From Phycisphaerae bacterium (lineage in GTDB: Bacteria > Planctomycetota > Phycisphaerae > UBA1845), in contig JAJDDW010000014.1 in NCBI GenBank assembly GCA_029260115.1, forward strand, positions 10,069 through 74,068: 64,000 nt of DNA, given 5' to 3'. Each line of letters begins with the position of its first letter. Position 1 is the first letter of the stretch. Under the pieces are notes generated by a model that saw only the letters and a list, made by a program, of their open reading frames with translations, was not told the origin of the DNA and ran no database searches. Shown here in pieces: positions 11,590 through 22,040 of the stretch. Both the position numbers and the translations under genes were made by a program.

Positions 11590-12669
11590 ATGAATCAAAT
11601 GTACAATCGTCGAGCAAAAATTATTCTCCACGAACGCCGAGCCAACGGATTTACCTTGATCGAATTACTGGTGGTCATAGCCATCATTGCATTGCTCATC
11701 AGTATTCTTCTTCCCAGTCTTCAAAGCGCACGAGACCACGCCAAATCGGTAGTCTGCGCATCCAATTTGCATCATGTGGGCCTAGCCATGGCGAACTATT
11801 TGTACGTCTCCAACGGTGTGTACCCACTATCGTATGCCTATCCGGAGAACAAAGACGGACAGTGGTCGCCTCGAGGCCAAACCGCCAATCACGCATTCGG
11901 CTACACGCATTGGTCTTCGGAACTCTACGAAGACGGGCAAGTAGGCGATAAAGCATTCCAATGCCCAAACTACGAAAATGGTGGCGCGCCGCGTACCAAT
12001 CCGGGTCTTGACCAGTCGGAGTGGGAAGGCGGTCAAGTTGACCAAAACGGTGACGTTAAACCCAACCTCTTGCAAGACCGTCAAGCGGGTAGAATGGCGT
12101 ACACGGCTAACGCTGCCATTATACCTCGGAATAAATTGTCGACATTGCTGTCAGGTGGCAAGCGCGTCAACCAATTTGTAAGTGAAAACAGACTAACCAA
12201 TCCTGGTAAAACGATTCTGGTGACGGAGTTTCTAAATAACTGGAAGGCATTGGGCATCCAAACGGGTGCTGGCATTCTGAGTAAATCTCATCGGCCTATT
12301 AACCCGTTCTACCATGTGGGTTCTGGATACGACGAATACAAAGCATCCTTAAAAGCACCCGGCTTTATCTATGGCTTGCCTACTGACAGGGAGACTTATG
12401 GATTATTGCCTGAGCGACAAGTGCGGGAAAAGGTCAATATCCTTGACGCATCATCTGGTATTTCTCAGATCAATGCCATCGGACGTCATCATCCAACTGG
12501 GGACAGGGTCTACAAAAAAAAGTTTGGTGGCGTAGCCAATTACATGTTCGGCGACGGTCATGCGGAAACGCTGACAGTCGTCGAAACCATGCGTCGTCGC
12601 ATGTGGGGAGATCAGTATTACGGGCTAAACGGCGAGTCTACAGTACTTGACTTCGACAGAAAGCCCTAA
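11590..12669 (+). CDS. DUF1559 protein: prepilin-type N-terminal cleavage/methylation domain plus H-X9-DG motif (Planctomycete type)
   Basis: N-terminus [28 protein letters not shown] has the class III signal G/FTLIEL. The C-terminal region ends …[17 protein letters not shown] Shine-Dalgarno-like aaaggatca lies upstream. Confidence 0.85.
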   Translation: MNQMYNRRAKIILHERRANGFTLIELLVVIAIIALLISILLPSLQSARDHAKSVVCASNLHHVGLAMANYLYVSNGVYPLSYAYPENKDGQWSPRGQTANHAFGYTHWSSELYEDGQVGDKAFQCPNYENGGAPRTNPGLDQSEWEGGQVDQNGDVKPNLLQDRQAGRMAYTANAAIIPRNKLSTLLSGGKRVNQFVSENRLTNPGKTILVTEFLNNWKALGIQTGAGILSKSHRPINPFYHVGSGYDEYKASLKAPGFIYGLPTDRETYGLLPERQVREKVNILDASSGISQINAIGRHHPTGDRVYKKKFGGVANYMFGDGHAETLTVVETMRRRMWGDQYYGLNGESTVLDFDRKP

Positions 12670-12767
12670 AAACGTTTACCGTGATTAGCAAGGCAGGGGG
12701 ATAGTTTCGCGACGGTCGTGTCGCTATTTGCTAGTCATTCACGTATCGAAAAGGAAAGAAGCAAACA

Positions 12768-15700
12768 GTGTCCAAACGAGGAGAGAATGAAATGAAAATG
12801 GTAAGGGTAAAGAGGTCTGTGGGTTCATACGCATCGATAGGTGCAATGCTATCGCTTTGTCTAGCAGGGCAATCGCTTGCAGCGCAGCCTAACAATGACT
12901 GCGTAGCAGACGGAGCAGGAACTTTTGTAAACGCTAACGGTGAACAACTCACGTTCGATGGTGGACAAATCAGCATGGCAGGGGCGACGCTTTTCGTCGA
13001 TTTTTTCCGCACGCCATCATCAACTAACGACTGGGTAGACGTCGACAGTGACGGATTTTCAGGCTTCGATCCATTCACACCGCCATTCGTTGACCAACTT
13101 GGTGCGACTTACACACCAGGTCAAAACTTGACCACATGGTGGGGTTTCCAGTACCGAAGTGTTGGTTCGGTTAATGGATTTAATGAGTTTGTTGATAGTC
13201 AGACTTGTAATGTCATTCCAACTGGCGTTCCGTCTGAGGCTGGTATTTTCAACGGATTTGAATACGCAACTGGTGGCGTCGTCACCAATCCCGTAACCGC
13301 AGACAACGCCAGCGGCACGCCACTTCAACCATGTGAAATTGAAGGTTCGTTTCTTGACGTACCGGGCAAATGGGCTGTGAACCAAGCTGGTACACCTAAT
13401 TGGAATCGCCCACCAACCAGTCCAGGATATGGATTGAATCCCGTGCTTACCGGTGGCGGTACTTCTAGTCAGCTAAAATCTCTTTCGCGTACTTGCGGAT
13501 TGTGCAGTCTTAGTGGTGATGCTTGCACCTCTGACGGGCAATGCCCCATGGGTGAACTTTGTAACCCAGGTGCGACCGTTGCCTTGAACACGAATACTTC
13601 CGCACCAGATGCCGATACGCTTTTTGATTATGTCGGTGCCTGGGTTCCTGTCACGATTATTTCAAATCGTGGCTCTGGCGTTGAAAATATCAAGTATTCT
13701 GAAGCTCAGCATCTCTTCACGACTGGTCGTATGCCCAACGGTGAAAATCTTGTTGGTGCAACTCGTGATGTAGGCTCCGGAACACGAAACGCAGCGATGA
13801 ACTCGCTCGGCATTGATACAAGCTGGGGACGTGGCGATAATCTTGGTAACAAAACCAAAGATTCAGGCACGGATAATCTTGGTAGCTCCCACCAGCCGAC
13901 CAACAAGGGTGGATCAAGCCGTATGGAAGGCGCGGTTCAGAACAACCGACTAGCCGTTGGTTACACTGGCCTTGCTGGTGGAAGCCGATCGGCTGTCGAT
14001 GCGCAATCTGGTAAGTACGAAGTGCTAAACACGTGCAAAGATGTTGATGGTGACGGCGACGGACAAATTGATTGTAACTGCGGTGTCGATGGCTATGTGC
14101 GTCCTGGCGTAGACACGGTACTCGACAACTGCGATCCTTGTAACTCATTCCAGATTGCTGGTAGCGGTTCATTCGTCGTGCGTGGTAATCGTAATGCCAA
14201 TCGTGATCCACTCGATCCACAGTTCGAGAACTCTCAGCCATTGGATAACCAAGCGGTTGCTGATTATTTGAACAACATATTTGATAGTATCGCGTCGTTC
14301 GACGGCAGCGTCGAGCCTGGTGAATGTACAGTAAGCACCACCTGCAGCATTAACGGTGGCGCTTGCATGATCGATAACGATTGCGCTGGTTTTGCTACCG
14401 GTGAGACTTGCATCAACACGCCCTGCGCGTTCGATAATGAATGTCCACTATCCAGCGCCCGTGAATGCGTGGGTGGCACTATGAACGGTGCAGATTGCTT
14501 GGCTGATGCTACCATTTGCCTGCCCGGTGGTGGTACATGTGAGCCTGTCGAAGCTTGTCGTCTTAAGTTCAATATGCCCGGCGAATTCTTAGCGACAGCG
14601 TTCTTCCTACCCAACGGTTTGGACTGCCTCCACGTACTAGACTCGCCTCTGACGTTCTTGCCAGCGGCGACGAATCAGGCACTTCAGGACTTCATCCGTA
14701 CAGAAAGCGTTATCCAGGTTCCAGTATATGGCTCAGTAAATGCTGCTGGTCTAGTACCCAAGCGTAATTCTGCTTTGCGTGCTGGTGAGTATACAGACGG
14801 TTCTTTGAACGGCAGTTACACTTACTTTAACGGTAGTGCATTCACAACCAATCTTACGTCGGGCCAAAATCTCGCCGAGAGAAATAGTCTTCAGGGCGAT
14901 TTCAATGGCGACACTGTTCGTGATCTCAACGACGCAGACGAGCTAGTGTCTGCTTATCTGGCGCCGCGCACATGGCAGCAGACTGCCATTGCAAACGGTA
15001 CAGGCAATACGGGCGGCATGACCCGCGACAATGCTATTCCAGAAGTCCTCGGTGATTTCAATGGTGACGGTAACTTCAATAAAGAAGACTTGCGTTACTT
15101 CGCTGACGGGCTAGCTATGGTCAGCGGAAATCTAAATCGTCAGCAAGGTGCTATCGCTATTGATAATGCTTTGATCAATGCCGGTCAGGCTTTTCCTTGG
15201 GCAGATGGTTCACCGCAATTGCTCATTCCACCAGGCGCTACAGGTGTTGACCCAACATTTATGGCACCAGCAGATGTCAACGATGCTATTATACCATTTT
15301 TGGCTACAGGCAAGACTTATGTTGCAGGTGACTTCCGTGGTGACGTGGCCGGTGCAACGCCTGTTGCCGGCGCATTCCCATCTGGATGGGATGGCGTGGT
15401 TGATGCAACTGACATTGATTACGTCTGCCAAAACATTGGCGACTGGAACAATCTCGATCAAGCCGTATTCATGGACCTTAGTGCTGACATGAATGGCGAC
15501 CGAAATGTAACGACATCCGACGTGGTTACGCTTGTTACCGGTATTCTTGGTACCAGCTTAGGTGACGCCAACCTTGATGGCGTATTTGATGCTGTTGATG
15601 TGCAAATCGTTACAGACACGATCAACAACGCCGCGGGTTGTAATGCCACGCAAGACTGTGGCTGGGCTGATGGCGACTTTAACTGCGATGGCATCGTTAA

Positions 15701-16403
15701 CAACACAGATCTTGACGTGGTATCCCCCTGCATACCGCTTCCGCAATCGTGGACTTCAATCGGTCAGCACGGTGCGGGTTGTATTTTCAACCCAGCCTGT
15801 GGTGGTGCAGAATATGGGCAGGATATTCCTGCGGGGGGCGGTTTCTCGGAATCACGCTCGACGGGTATCAATAAAGTCGTGATTGCTTATGACGTAGACG
15901 TTGATGTTACGGGTGCGACAGTTTCGGCTGTTGGATGTGTGGCTTTAGATGCTAGCACTCAGGACTTGACGGGCGTTTCTATGTCGGTCGTCGCCGGTGC
16001 GAATCCTAACGAAGCGGTACTGTTGTTTAGCCCATCGCTTCCAGGTAACAACGCCGCAATCGGTGAGACGCCGGTTAAGTATGACATTACGATTTCGGGT
16101 GTTGATTGTGCGGCTGGCGGCATGCCAATTGCAGATGAAACGCGAACGGCGTGGGCGATTTTCGGTGATGCCAATGCTTCCCCGATTACGGTCAATAATG
16201 GCGACCTTGGTTTTGTGCGTTCGGCTCGCGATATTATTCTAGCTCGACCAGCTGGTATGCAGGTCATTGACCCAAACGGTCCTACTGGCGTGTTTGAGAT
16301 TCGTGCTGATATTAACAATGACAACACGGTAAGTAATGGCGACCTTGGTTTGGTCCGTACGGCCCGTGACTCAGTGCCCCAGCCAACTGGCTTGTGTCCG
16401 TAA
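12768..16403 (+). CDS. Large secreted cysteine-rich protein with multiple dockerin/EF-hand-like calcium-binding repeats
   Basis: 1211 aa. A signal peptide (…LCLAGQSLAAQP) is followed by Cys-rich modules (CGLCSLSGDACTSDGQCPMGELC, CINTPCAFDNECPLS…) and repeated D-x-N-x-D-G-x-x-x-x-x-D motifs (DFNGDGNFNKEDL, DMNGDRNVTTSDV, DANLDGVFDAVDV, DINNDNTVSNGDLGLVRTARD). Confidence 0.7.
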   Translation: MSKRGENEMKMVRVKRSVGSYASIGAMLSLCLAGQSLAAQPNNDCVADGAGTFVNANGEQLTFDGGQISMAGATLFVDFFRTPSSTNDWVDVDSDGFSGFDPFTPPFVDQLGATYTPGQNLTTWWGFQYRSVGSVNGFNEFVDSQTCNVIPTGVPSEAGIFNGFEYATGGVVTNPVTADNASGTPLQPCEIEGSFLDVPGKWAVNQAGTPNWNRPPTSPGYGLNPVLTGGGTSSQLKSLSRTCGLCSLSGDACTSDGQCPMGELCNPGATVALNTNTSAPDADTLFDYVGAWVPVTIISNRGSGVENIKYSEAQHLFTTGRMPNGENLVGATRDVGSGTRNAAMNSLGIDTSWGRGDNLGNKTKDSGTDNLGSSHQPTNKGGSSRMEGAVQNNRLAVGYTGLAGGSRSAVDAQSGKYEVLNTCKDVDGDGDGQIDCNCGVDGYVRPGVDTVLDNCDPCNSFQIAGSGSFVVRGNRNANRDPLDPQFENSQPLDNQAVADYLNNIFDSIASFDGSVEPGECTVSTTCSINGGACMIDNDCAGFATGETCINTPCAFDNECPLSSARECVGGTMNGADCLADATICLPGGGTCEPVEACRLKFNMPGEFLATAFFLPNGLDCLHVLDSPLTFLPAATNQALQDFIRTESVIQVPVYGSVNAAGLVPKRNSALRAGEYTDGSLNGSYTYFNGSAFTTNLTSGQNLAERNSLQGDFNGDTVRDLNDADELVSAYLAPRTWQQTAIANGTGNTGGMTRDNAIPEVLGDFNGDGNFNKEDLRYFADGLAMVSGNLNRQQGAIAIDNALINAGQAFPWADGSPQLLIPPGATGVDPTFMAPADVNDAIIPFLATGKTYVAGDFRGDVAGATPVAGAFPSGWDGVVDATDIDYVCQNIGDWNNLDQAVFMDLSADMNGDRNVTTSDVVTLVTGILGTSLGDANLDGVFDAVDVQIVTDTINNAAGCNATQDCGWADGDFNCDGIVNNTDLDVVSPCIPLPQSWTSIGQHGAGCIFNPACGGAEYGQDIPAGGGFSESRSTGINKVVIAYDVDVDVTGATVSAVGCVALDASTQDLTGVSMSVVAGANPNEAVLLFSPSLPGNNAAIGETPVKYDITISGVDCAAGGMPIADETRTAWAIFGDANASPITVNNGDLGFVRSARDIILARPAGMQVIDPNGPTGVFEIRADINNDNTVSNGDLGLVRTARDSVPQPTGLCP

Positions 16404-16439
16404 TTCGAGCGTTCGACAAAGTAAATTTGTTCACCGAAA

Positions 16440-16467
16440 GCGGCTGATTCGTCAGCTGCTTTTTTTT
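16440..16467 (+). terminator. Rho-independent terminator downstream of the large secreted protein gene
   Basis: gcggctga-ttcg-tcagctgc forms an 8-bp stem with one G-U pair and a TTCG tetraloop. A run of 8 T follows immediately, 37 nt after the stop codon. Confidence 0.8.
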
Positions 16468-16555
16468 GCCACCCGACAGCTTCTTTTCTCAGGCAATCGA
16501 AAGAGATATATGTCAAGGCCCACTACATTGGCCGTGTTTCCCAGGTTAACTTTTC

Positions 16556-18940
16556 TTGCAGCACATAATACTTCCAGCATCATGCGACTTCCCAGCCTTG
16601 CCGTCTCCCTCGCTCATGGTTACGCTGCCGTTCGTGGAAGCAACCAGTATATCGCCATTTGAATCCCAAGATCGCAAGGCCTCATTCGCTTCGCCTTCGA
16701 CTGTTTCTCTTGATCTCATCTTGCAGCTTGTTCATGGATACTGGGGCTATGATACGCTTAGGCCATTGCAAGAAGAGGCCATTCGGGCAACGCTCGATGG
16801 TCGGGATTCGGTTGTGGTGATGCCCACGGGTGGTGGCAAATCCCTTTGCTATCAAGTTCCACCTGTCATTGCTAATCAAACGCACATTGTCATTTCTCCG
16901 CTTATCTCGTTAATGAAGGACCAGGTAGACGGCCTGAAAGCTTGCGACTACCCAGCCGCTGCCCTTCATAGCGGCATGACACCCGACGAACGATCCGAAA
17001 CCATGCACGATTTACAGTCCGGCAAACTTCGGCTGTTGTTCGTTTCGCCAGAGCGACTGGTCATGTCCGGTTTTTTACATCTGTTGAGTCAGCTCGATAT
17101 TCGGTCCTTCGCCATCGACGAAGCCCACTGCATCAGTCAATGGGGTCATGATTTTCGGCCTGAATATCGCCAGCTCGCGTTACTTCAAGATAGATTTCCC
17201 AAAGCTAGCGTCCATGCATACACCGCGACCGCGACGGAGCGCGTGCGCGAGGACATCGCAGCCCAACTATGTCTCACCCATCCAACGATGCTCGTGGGCG
17301 TTTTCGACCGCCCTAACTTAGTCTATCGCATCGTGCCACGCCTGGACGCGCAGGCCCAAGTGGTTGGGGTGGTCCACCGTCATCGGGGTGAAGCAGCGAT
17401 CATTTACTGCTTATCCCGCAAAGATACGGAAACCATGGCCAGCGCACTTAAGAAGGCCGGCATCAACGCCCGCGCTTACCATGCGGGCCTGAGCGCAGAC
17501 CAACGGCATCGCACCCAAGACGCATTCGCAAACGAATCGCTAGACGTCGTCACAGCCACCGTCGCCTTTGGTATGGGTATCGATCGCAGCAACGTACGGT
17601 GCGTCATCCATGCGACCATTCCCAAGTCCATCGAACATTATCAACAAGAGACAGGCCGAGCAGGGCGCGACGGTCTAGAAGCGGAATGCGTGCTCTTTTA
17701 CTCCGCAGCAGATATTATGCGTTGGAAATCGTTGTTCGAGCGTAGCGCTGAAGATTTCGATGATGCGGATAAAATGATCGCCGCCCAGATGCTGCTCCTT
17801 GATGAAATGAGACGATATTGTACAGGGCCACAATGCCGACACCGCGTACTATCGGAACATTTTGGCCAGGCGTACCCTACGCAAAATTGTAACGCCTGCG
17901 ACATATGCCTTGGCGAAACTGATGCAGCAGAAGAAGCAACTGAAATCGCCCAAAAAATTCTTTCTAGCGTCGCCAGACTGCATCGCCTAAGCGGCCTTAG
18001 TTATGGCGTGGGGCATCATGCCGATGTGCTACTGGGTGCGAACACGCAAGCGATTCGACAACGTGGGCACGACCAAGCGACCACCTATGGCTTACTTAAA
18101 GGCACGCCCAAAAAAGTACTCACACAATGGATGTATCAACTTTTCGATCAAAACTTACTCTCACGATCATCCGGCGATCTTCCCGTAGTGGAACTTAACG
18201 CATCATCGTGGGAGGTATTGCGCGGCAACCGGAAAGTTCAATTGATGCGGACCGCGATCACGGGAGTTAAGGAAGCGCGCATTTCTACCATATCTTGGGA
18301 CGGTGTGGATCGAGGCTTATTTGAACATTTGCGCGGCATCCGTCGAGAGATAGCCGAGCAAACTTCGGTGCCAGCCTTTGTCATCTTCAGCGATCGAACG
18401 CTACGCGATCTCGCCCGCCGTCGACCCACTGATTTGCCAGCATTTCGAACTGCGCATGGGATTGGTGACGCAAAGATTAAGAAATTCGGCGAAAAGTTCT
18501 GCAAAGAGATCAACAGTTACTGCAACGAACATAGCCTATCAGTCAATATTGTGATCGACCTGCAGCACGAAAAGACCCAAACATCGGTGCCAGCGACAAC
18601 AAAATCGACAGATACGATTGCTAATTCGAGTACGAATACGACGCAGGTAAAACAGGATGCCTTCGAAATGTTTGCTGAGGGAAAATCAATTAATGACGTC
18701 ATGGCCGCACTATCCCGTGCCCACACGACCACCGCTGGCTATCTCTGCGAATTTATTGAGGCTACCAGGCCTACTTCTGTCGAAACTTGGGTATCAAAGT
18801 CCATATACCTCGACGTCGCCCAGGCTGCAGACCGAGTCGGGTTCGATAAACTCAAGCCCATATATGAACACCTCAACGAAAAAGTGCCCTATCATCACAT
18901 CAGAATAGTGCTATCTCATGCCCGAAACCATCAAGGTTGA
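16556..18940 (+). CDS. recQ: ATP-dependent DNA helicase RecQ (helicase + RQC zinc/WH + HRDC + C-terminal HTH-like extension)
   Basis: YDTLRPLQEEAI…VVMPTGGGKSLCYQVP, DEAH box FAIDEAHCISQWGHDFRPEY, zinc-binding CRHRV…CNACDIC and an HRDC segment. The true start is probably downstream of 16556 (e.g. the Met at about 16616), because the first 20 codons look like leader sequence. Confidence 0.88.
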   Translation: MQHIILPASCDFPALPSPSLMVTLPFVEATSISPFESQDRKASFASPSTVSLDLILQLVHGYWGYDTLRPLQEEAIRATLDGRDSVVVMPTGGGKSLCYQVPPVIANQTHIVISPLISLMKDQVDGLKACDYPAAALHSGMTPDERSETMHDLQSGKLRLLFVSPERLVMSGFLHLLSQLDIRSFAIDEAHCISQWGHDFRPEYRQLALLQDRFPKASVHAYTATATERVREDIAAQLCLTHPTMLVGVFDRPNLVYRIVPRLDAQAQVVGVVHRHRGEAAIIYCLSRKDTETMASALKKAGINARAYHAGLSADQRHRTQDAFANESLDVVTATVAFGMGIDRSNVRCVIHATIPKSIEHYQQETGRAGRDGLEAECVLFYSAADIMRWKSLFERSAEDFDDADKMIAAQMLLLDEMRRYCTGPQCRHRVLSEHFGQAYPTQNCNACDICLGETDAAEEATEIAQKILSSVARLHRLSGLSYGVGHHADVLLGANTQAIRQRGHDQATTYGLLKGTPKKVLTQWMYQLFDQNLLSRSSGDLPVVELNASSWEVLRGNRKVQLMRTAITGVKEARISTISWDGVDRGLFEHLRGIRREIAEQTSVPAFVIFSDRTLRDLARRRPTDLPAFRTAHGIGDAKIKKFGEKFCKEINSYCNEHSLSVNIVIDLQHEKTQTSVPATTKSTDTIANSSTNTTQVKQDAFEMFAEGKSINDVMAALSRAHTTTAGYLCEFIEATRPTSVETWVSKSIYLDVAQAADRVGFDKLKPIYEHLNEKVPYHHIRIVLSHARNHQG

Positions 18941-19058
18941 GTATTAAAACTTCGTGACATGGGATGCATAGCCCAAACCTGCACTGCGCAATGAAACAGG
19001 CACGCCCGGTCACAAGCGCGCCTGCCTCTGCGAACGCAAGGGATGCGTTGTCTGTGAA

Positions 19059-21866
19059 TTACGGCTTGAACCACGGACGTCGCTTCTGGGAGCGCGGCGC
19101 AGGCCGATCGTTCGTTTCATCATCATTTTCCTCTTCTTCCTTCAGTACACGATCGCGCTTTCGCAAATCGGCAAATTGAGTAGAAGAGATACTTCGTACG
19201 GGTTGAATCTCAGCAGACGAAGAATTTTTTTCGCATTCGTATTGATAGATAGACATGCCATCGCTATGGCGCTGATCTTCCCAGCAATTCGTCTCATTAA
19301 TCAGCACTTCCAATGGGGCATCCATAATCTCCGGGTCTAGCGACCATGGCTCAGCCGAGTCAAAATCGTACCCATTGGTAGTATCAGGGTACCCGACTGC
19401 GGGCACGGACATCTGCAGTTCATAATCTTGAATATATTGTTCATTGTCTTGTTGAAATACCGGCGTAGGCATGGACGCTTGCCGCTGATTGCCGTTGCTC
19501 GACCTTCGCGAACGCGGCATCACTACCGAAGACATTGTCGATCGACGATTTGGCTCCGTCCTGTTTGCACGCAATAGCATATTTTTGTGGGAAGAAAGTC
19601 CAGGGGCGCTAGGCACGTACGCAACATCAGAGGACGCAGACCTGCGATTTAGTCGGGTATTATTATCGTTGGGCATCTGCCAACCTGCGCCAAACATCAC
19701 AGCCCCGAAATTCTCGTCATCGCCAACCGAGGCATCAACCATCTCACGTTCAACAAGCGAACGGTCTAGACAGCGTCTTTCTTCACGTAATTCCTCAAGC
19801 ATGCGCTCATTTTCACGCAGCGTCATCCGTGCGTTGATCGTGTAATTTACGATTTCTTCATCGCGAAACATGACTGCACTAGCTATCGCAGGCTCACCAA
19901 AGCAATCCTGCCAATCGTTTATAGAAGATGACTTAGCTACATTTTTTCGCGCCGAAGGCGAATTCTTATATGATGCTTGCCGCGCGTGCCATTGCTGGTT
20001 CGCAGCATTTTTCTGGCTCATGCGTAGATTTATCTCGGATGCCGATGTTTTGGACTTTTCGGTCGACCGATTCGGAGCTTTATGCGGCTGATTTTTCTTC
20101 GTGTCGTCCTTCTTATGCGAATTCATTTTAGGTGACACTGACTCAGGTTTGCGATCAGGACGAGTAGACTCGCTAGAAGCTGGAGCAGTCTTTCGCGTGT
20201 TTTTCTTATTGATCGTATTCGTTATACGCTCAAACGGACCCTTTTGGTGAACGCGTTGAACCGCCGCAAATTTCAGCAATGTCGAATCATTCTCATCAAT
20301 CGTATCTCGACATGGCTCTTCAGCTGCGACCAGTGATTCAATCTCGTGCAGGCTGTGGTTATGACCTATCGAAAAATTCACCGGCGCGGTGCAACGCTCG
20401 GACATAATGTCTGCATCACTCCAAAACTCAGCGACAATCTGCGAGGCCATGGTCTCTGGTAAGAATGATTCGTTTGGCCAGGGAGACTCATATGGAACGT
20501 CATCTCGAATTTCAGCATCTAGCATCGCTTCAAATTCTTGATCGTCGCCGGGCGAAAAATCCCCAGTATCACACGGCGAGTCATAAGGCAGCTCAACCAA
20601 CGTACTAGACAAAGATTCAGAAATATCCTGCATCGGGCTACTAATCAGCGAAACATCTTCCATTTGTCTTTGATTATCCATCTCGGCTTGTGCTTGTCGC
20701 TGCTGCTCTATTTGGGCCTGCGCTTTCGGACGGAAAAATTTTAACATCGGGGCAAGTTTTTCAGCATCACTGGCTTTATTATCATCGATGGTAACTTGCG
20801 CATGGTTGTTCACATAGTTATGCGCATTGTTGCTCGCATTGTCATGGCGACTCACATGTGTGTCTTTTCGTGTTGTTACTTTAGATGAGGCTGTTCTATG
20901 CTGAGTCGCGGCGTGCTCCCTGGCTATCTGCTGTGGCTTATGCGGCGCCTGCGCCTGCTTGTTCTGCGTTTCGCGTTCGCGGCGCTGTTGAGCCACTTTG
21001 ACGTCGAATGGTTCAACCGGGGCCGAAGACCTCGAAGTCATACGCAAACCCTGACTATGGTCATAATCCGCATGATCAGCTGTATTATTTCGTGAAGCGG
21101 GATTATGAGGTCCGCCCATTTCGCTTGGCGTCGGTGGCGGAAGTAAATCAGCCACTTGATTCAACTGCGTCCGGGCAGCTATGAAATCTGGGTCAATATC
21201 TAGCACTTCACGAAAAGTCTGAGCCGCCTCCGCAAAACGTTTTTGACCGCGATACATCAATCCCAGATTGTACAGTGCGTCGGGTTCGGGCAGAATAGTT
21301 TTAAAAACCCGCTTAGCCTCGTCGAACCTTCCCAAGCGGGTCAAGGCAATCCCACGATTCACATAAGCACGAGCAAATTCGGGTTTAAGTTCGGTTGCTT
21401 CGCGGAATTCATGCTCCGCGCCAGCCCAATGTTCTCGAAACATCAACTCTGCTCCAAGATCATTTCGCAACACCGCAACCTTAGGCGCTAACTCGACCGC
21501 CTTGCGAAGAGACGCTGTCGCTTCGTCATGGTGCCCAGCCGCACTGAGCAAAATGCCGAGACGATGGTAGGCGGGCACGAGTTTATGATTGAGGGCGATG
21601 GCCTTTCGATACTGCACGATGGCTTCATCAATTTGCCCCTGCTTCTCCAGCAACCGGGCCGCGGCCAAGTGGGTCTGTGGCAAAATATTCGGCGGAATGT
21701 ATTCTGGAATGCGCTTATTAGACTCTTGGACAGATCGCGCCCACTTGGCCTGATTCGAGCCGCTCACTTGATGTTGCGATTGTGCGCAACCAGCTACGGT
21801 CGCTAGGCACATCGCAAGCATCATCATTTTCCCTTTACGTCGCATCGTTGTTATTACCTCACTCAT
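19059..21866 (-). CDS. TPR-repeat lipoprotein with ~600-aa low-complexity/disordered C-terminal region
   Basis: 935 aa. A lipobox-like …LATVAGC follows a basic N-terminus. At least 6 TPR units fill the first ~230 aa (AIALNHKLVPAYHRLGILL…). The remainder is polar low complexity rich in S/N/Q/R/E. Confidence 0.65.
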   Translation of the reverse strand: MSEVITTMRRKGKMMMLAMCLATVAGCAQSQHQVSGSNQAKWARSVQESNKRIPEYIPPNILPQTHLAAARLLEKQGQIDEAIVQYRKAIALNHKLVPAYHRLGILLSAAGHHDEATASLRKAVELAPKVAVLRNDLGAELMFREHWAGAEHEFREATELKPEFARAYVNRGIALTRLGRFDEAKRVFKTILPEPDALYNLGLMYRGQKRFAEAAQTFREVLDIDPDFIAARTQLNQVADLLPPPTPSEMGGPHNPASRNNTADHADYDHSQGLRMTSRSSAPVEPFDVKVAQQRRERETQNKQAQAPHKPQQIAREHAATQHRTASSKVTTRKDTHVSRHDNASNNAHNYVNNHAQVTIDDNKASDAEKLAPMLKFFRPKAQAQIEQQRQAQAEMDNQRQMEDVSLISSPMQDISESLSSTLVELPYDSPCDTGDFSPGDDQEFEAMLDAEIRDDVPYESPWPNESFLPETMASQIVAEFWSDADIMSERCTAPVNFSIGHNHSLHEIESLVAAEEPCRDTIDENDSTLLKFAAVQRVHQKGPFERITNTINKKNTRKTAPASSESTRPDRKPESVSPKMNSHKKDDTKKNQPHKAPNRSTEKSKTSASEINLRMSQKNAANQQWHARQASYKNSPSARKNVAKSSSINDWQDCFGEPAIASAVMFRDEEIVNYTINARMTLRENERMLEELREERRCLDRSLVEREMVDASVGDDENFGAVMFGAGWQMPNDNNTRLNRRSASSDVAYVPSAPGLSSHKNMLLRANRTEPNRRSTMSSVVMPRSRRSSNGNQRQASMPTPVFQQDNEQYIQDYELQMSVPAVGYPDTTNGYDFDSAEPWSLDPEIMDAPLEVLINETNCWEDQRHSDGMSIYQYECEKNSSSAEIQPVRSISSTQFADLRKRDRVLKEEEENDDETNDRPAPRSQKRRPWFKP

Positions 21867-22040
21867 GTGTTTGCTCTATCCATGACCGTTCGGTGAAGTC
21901 CGTAAGACACCGTAGCATTATGACCTTCTCGCTACAGCACACACACCCAACATGGATTATCACTTGTTTCGTATCGTAGAAATCAACCAAAACGCCGAGA
22001 CCATCCCGGTCTCATGCCGCTACGTAACATAGAAACGTCC

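Noticed and set aside
13717-14614. Minus-strand ORFs 13717-14241 and 14264-14614
   Set aside because: Embedded antisense in the 1211-aa secreted-protein gene. His/Arg/Cys-rich nonsense translation.
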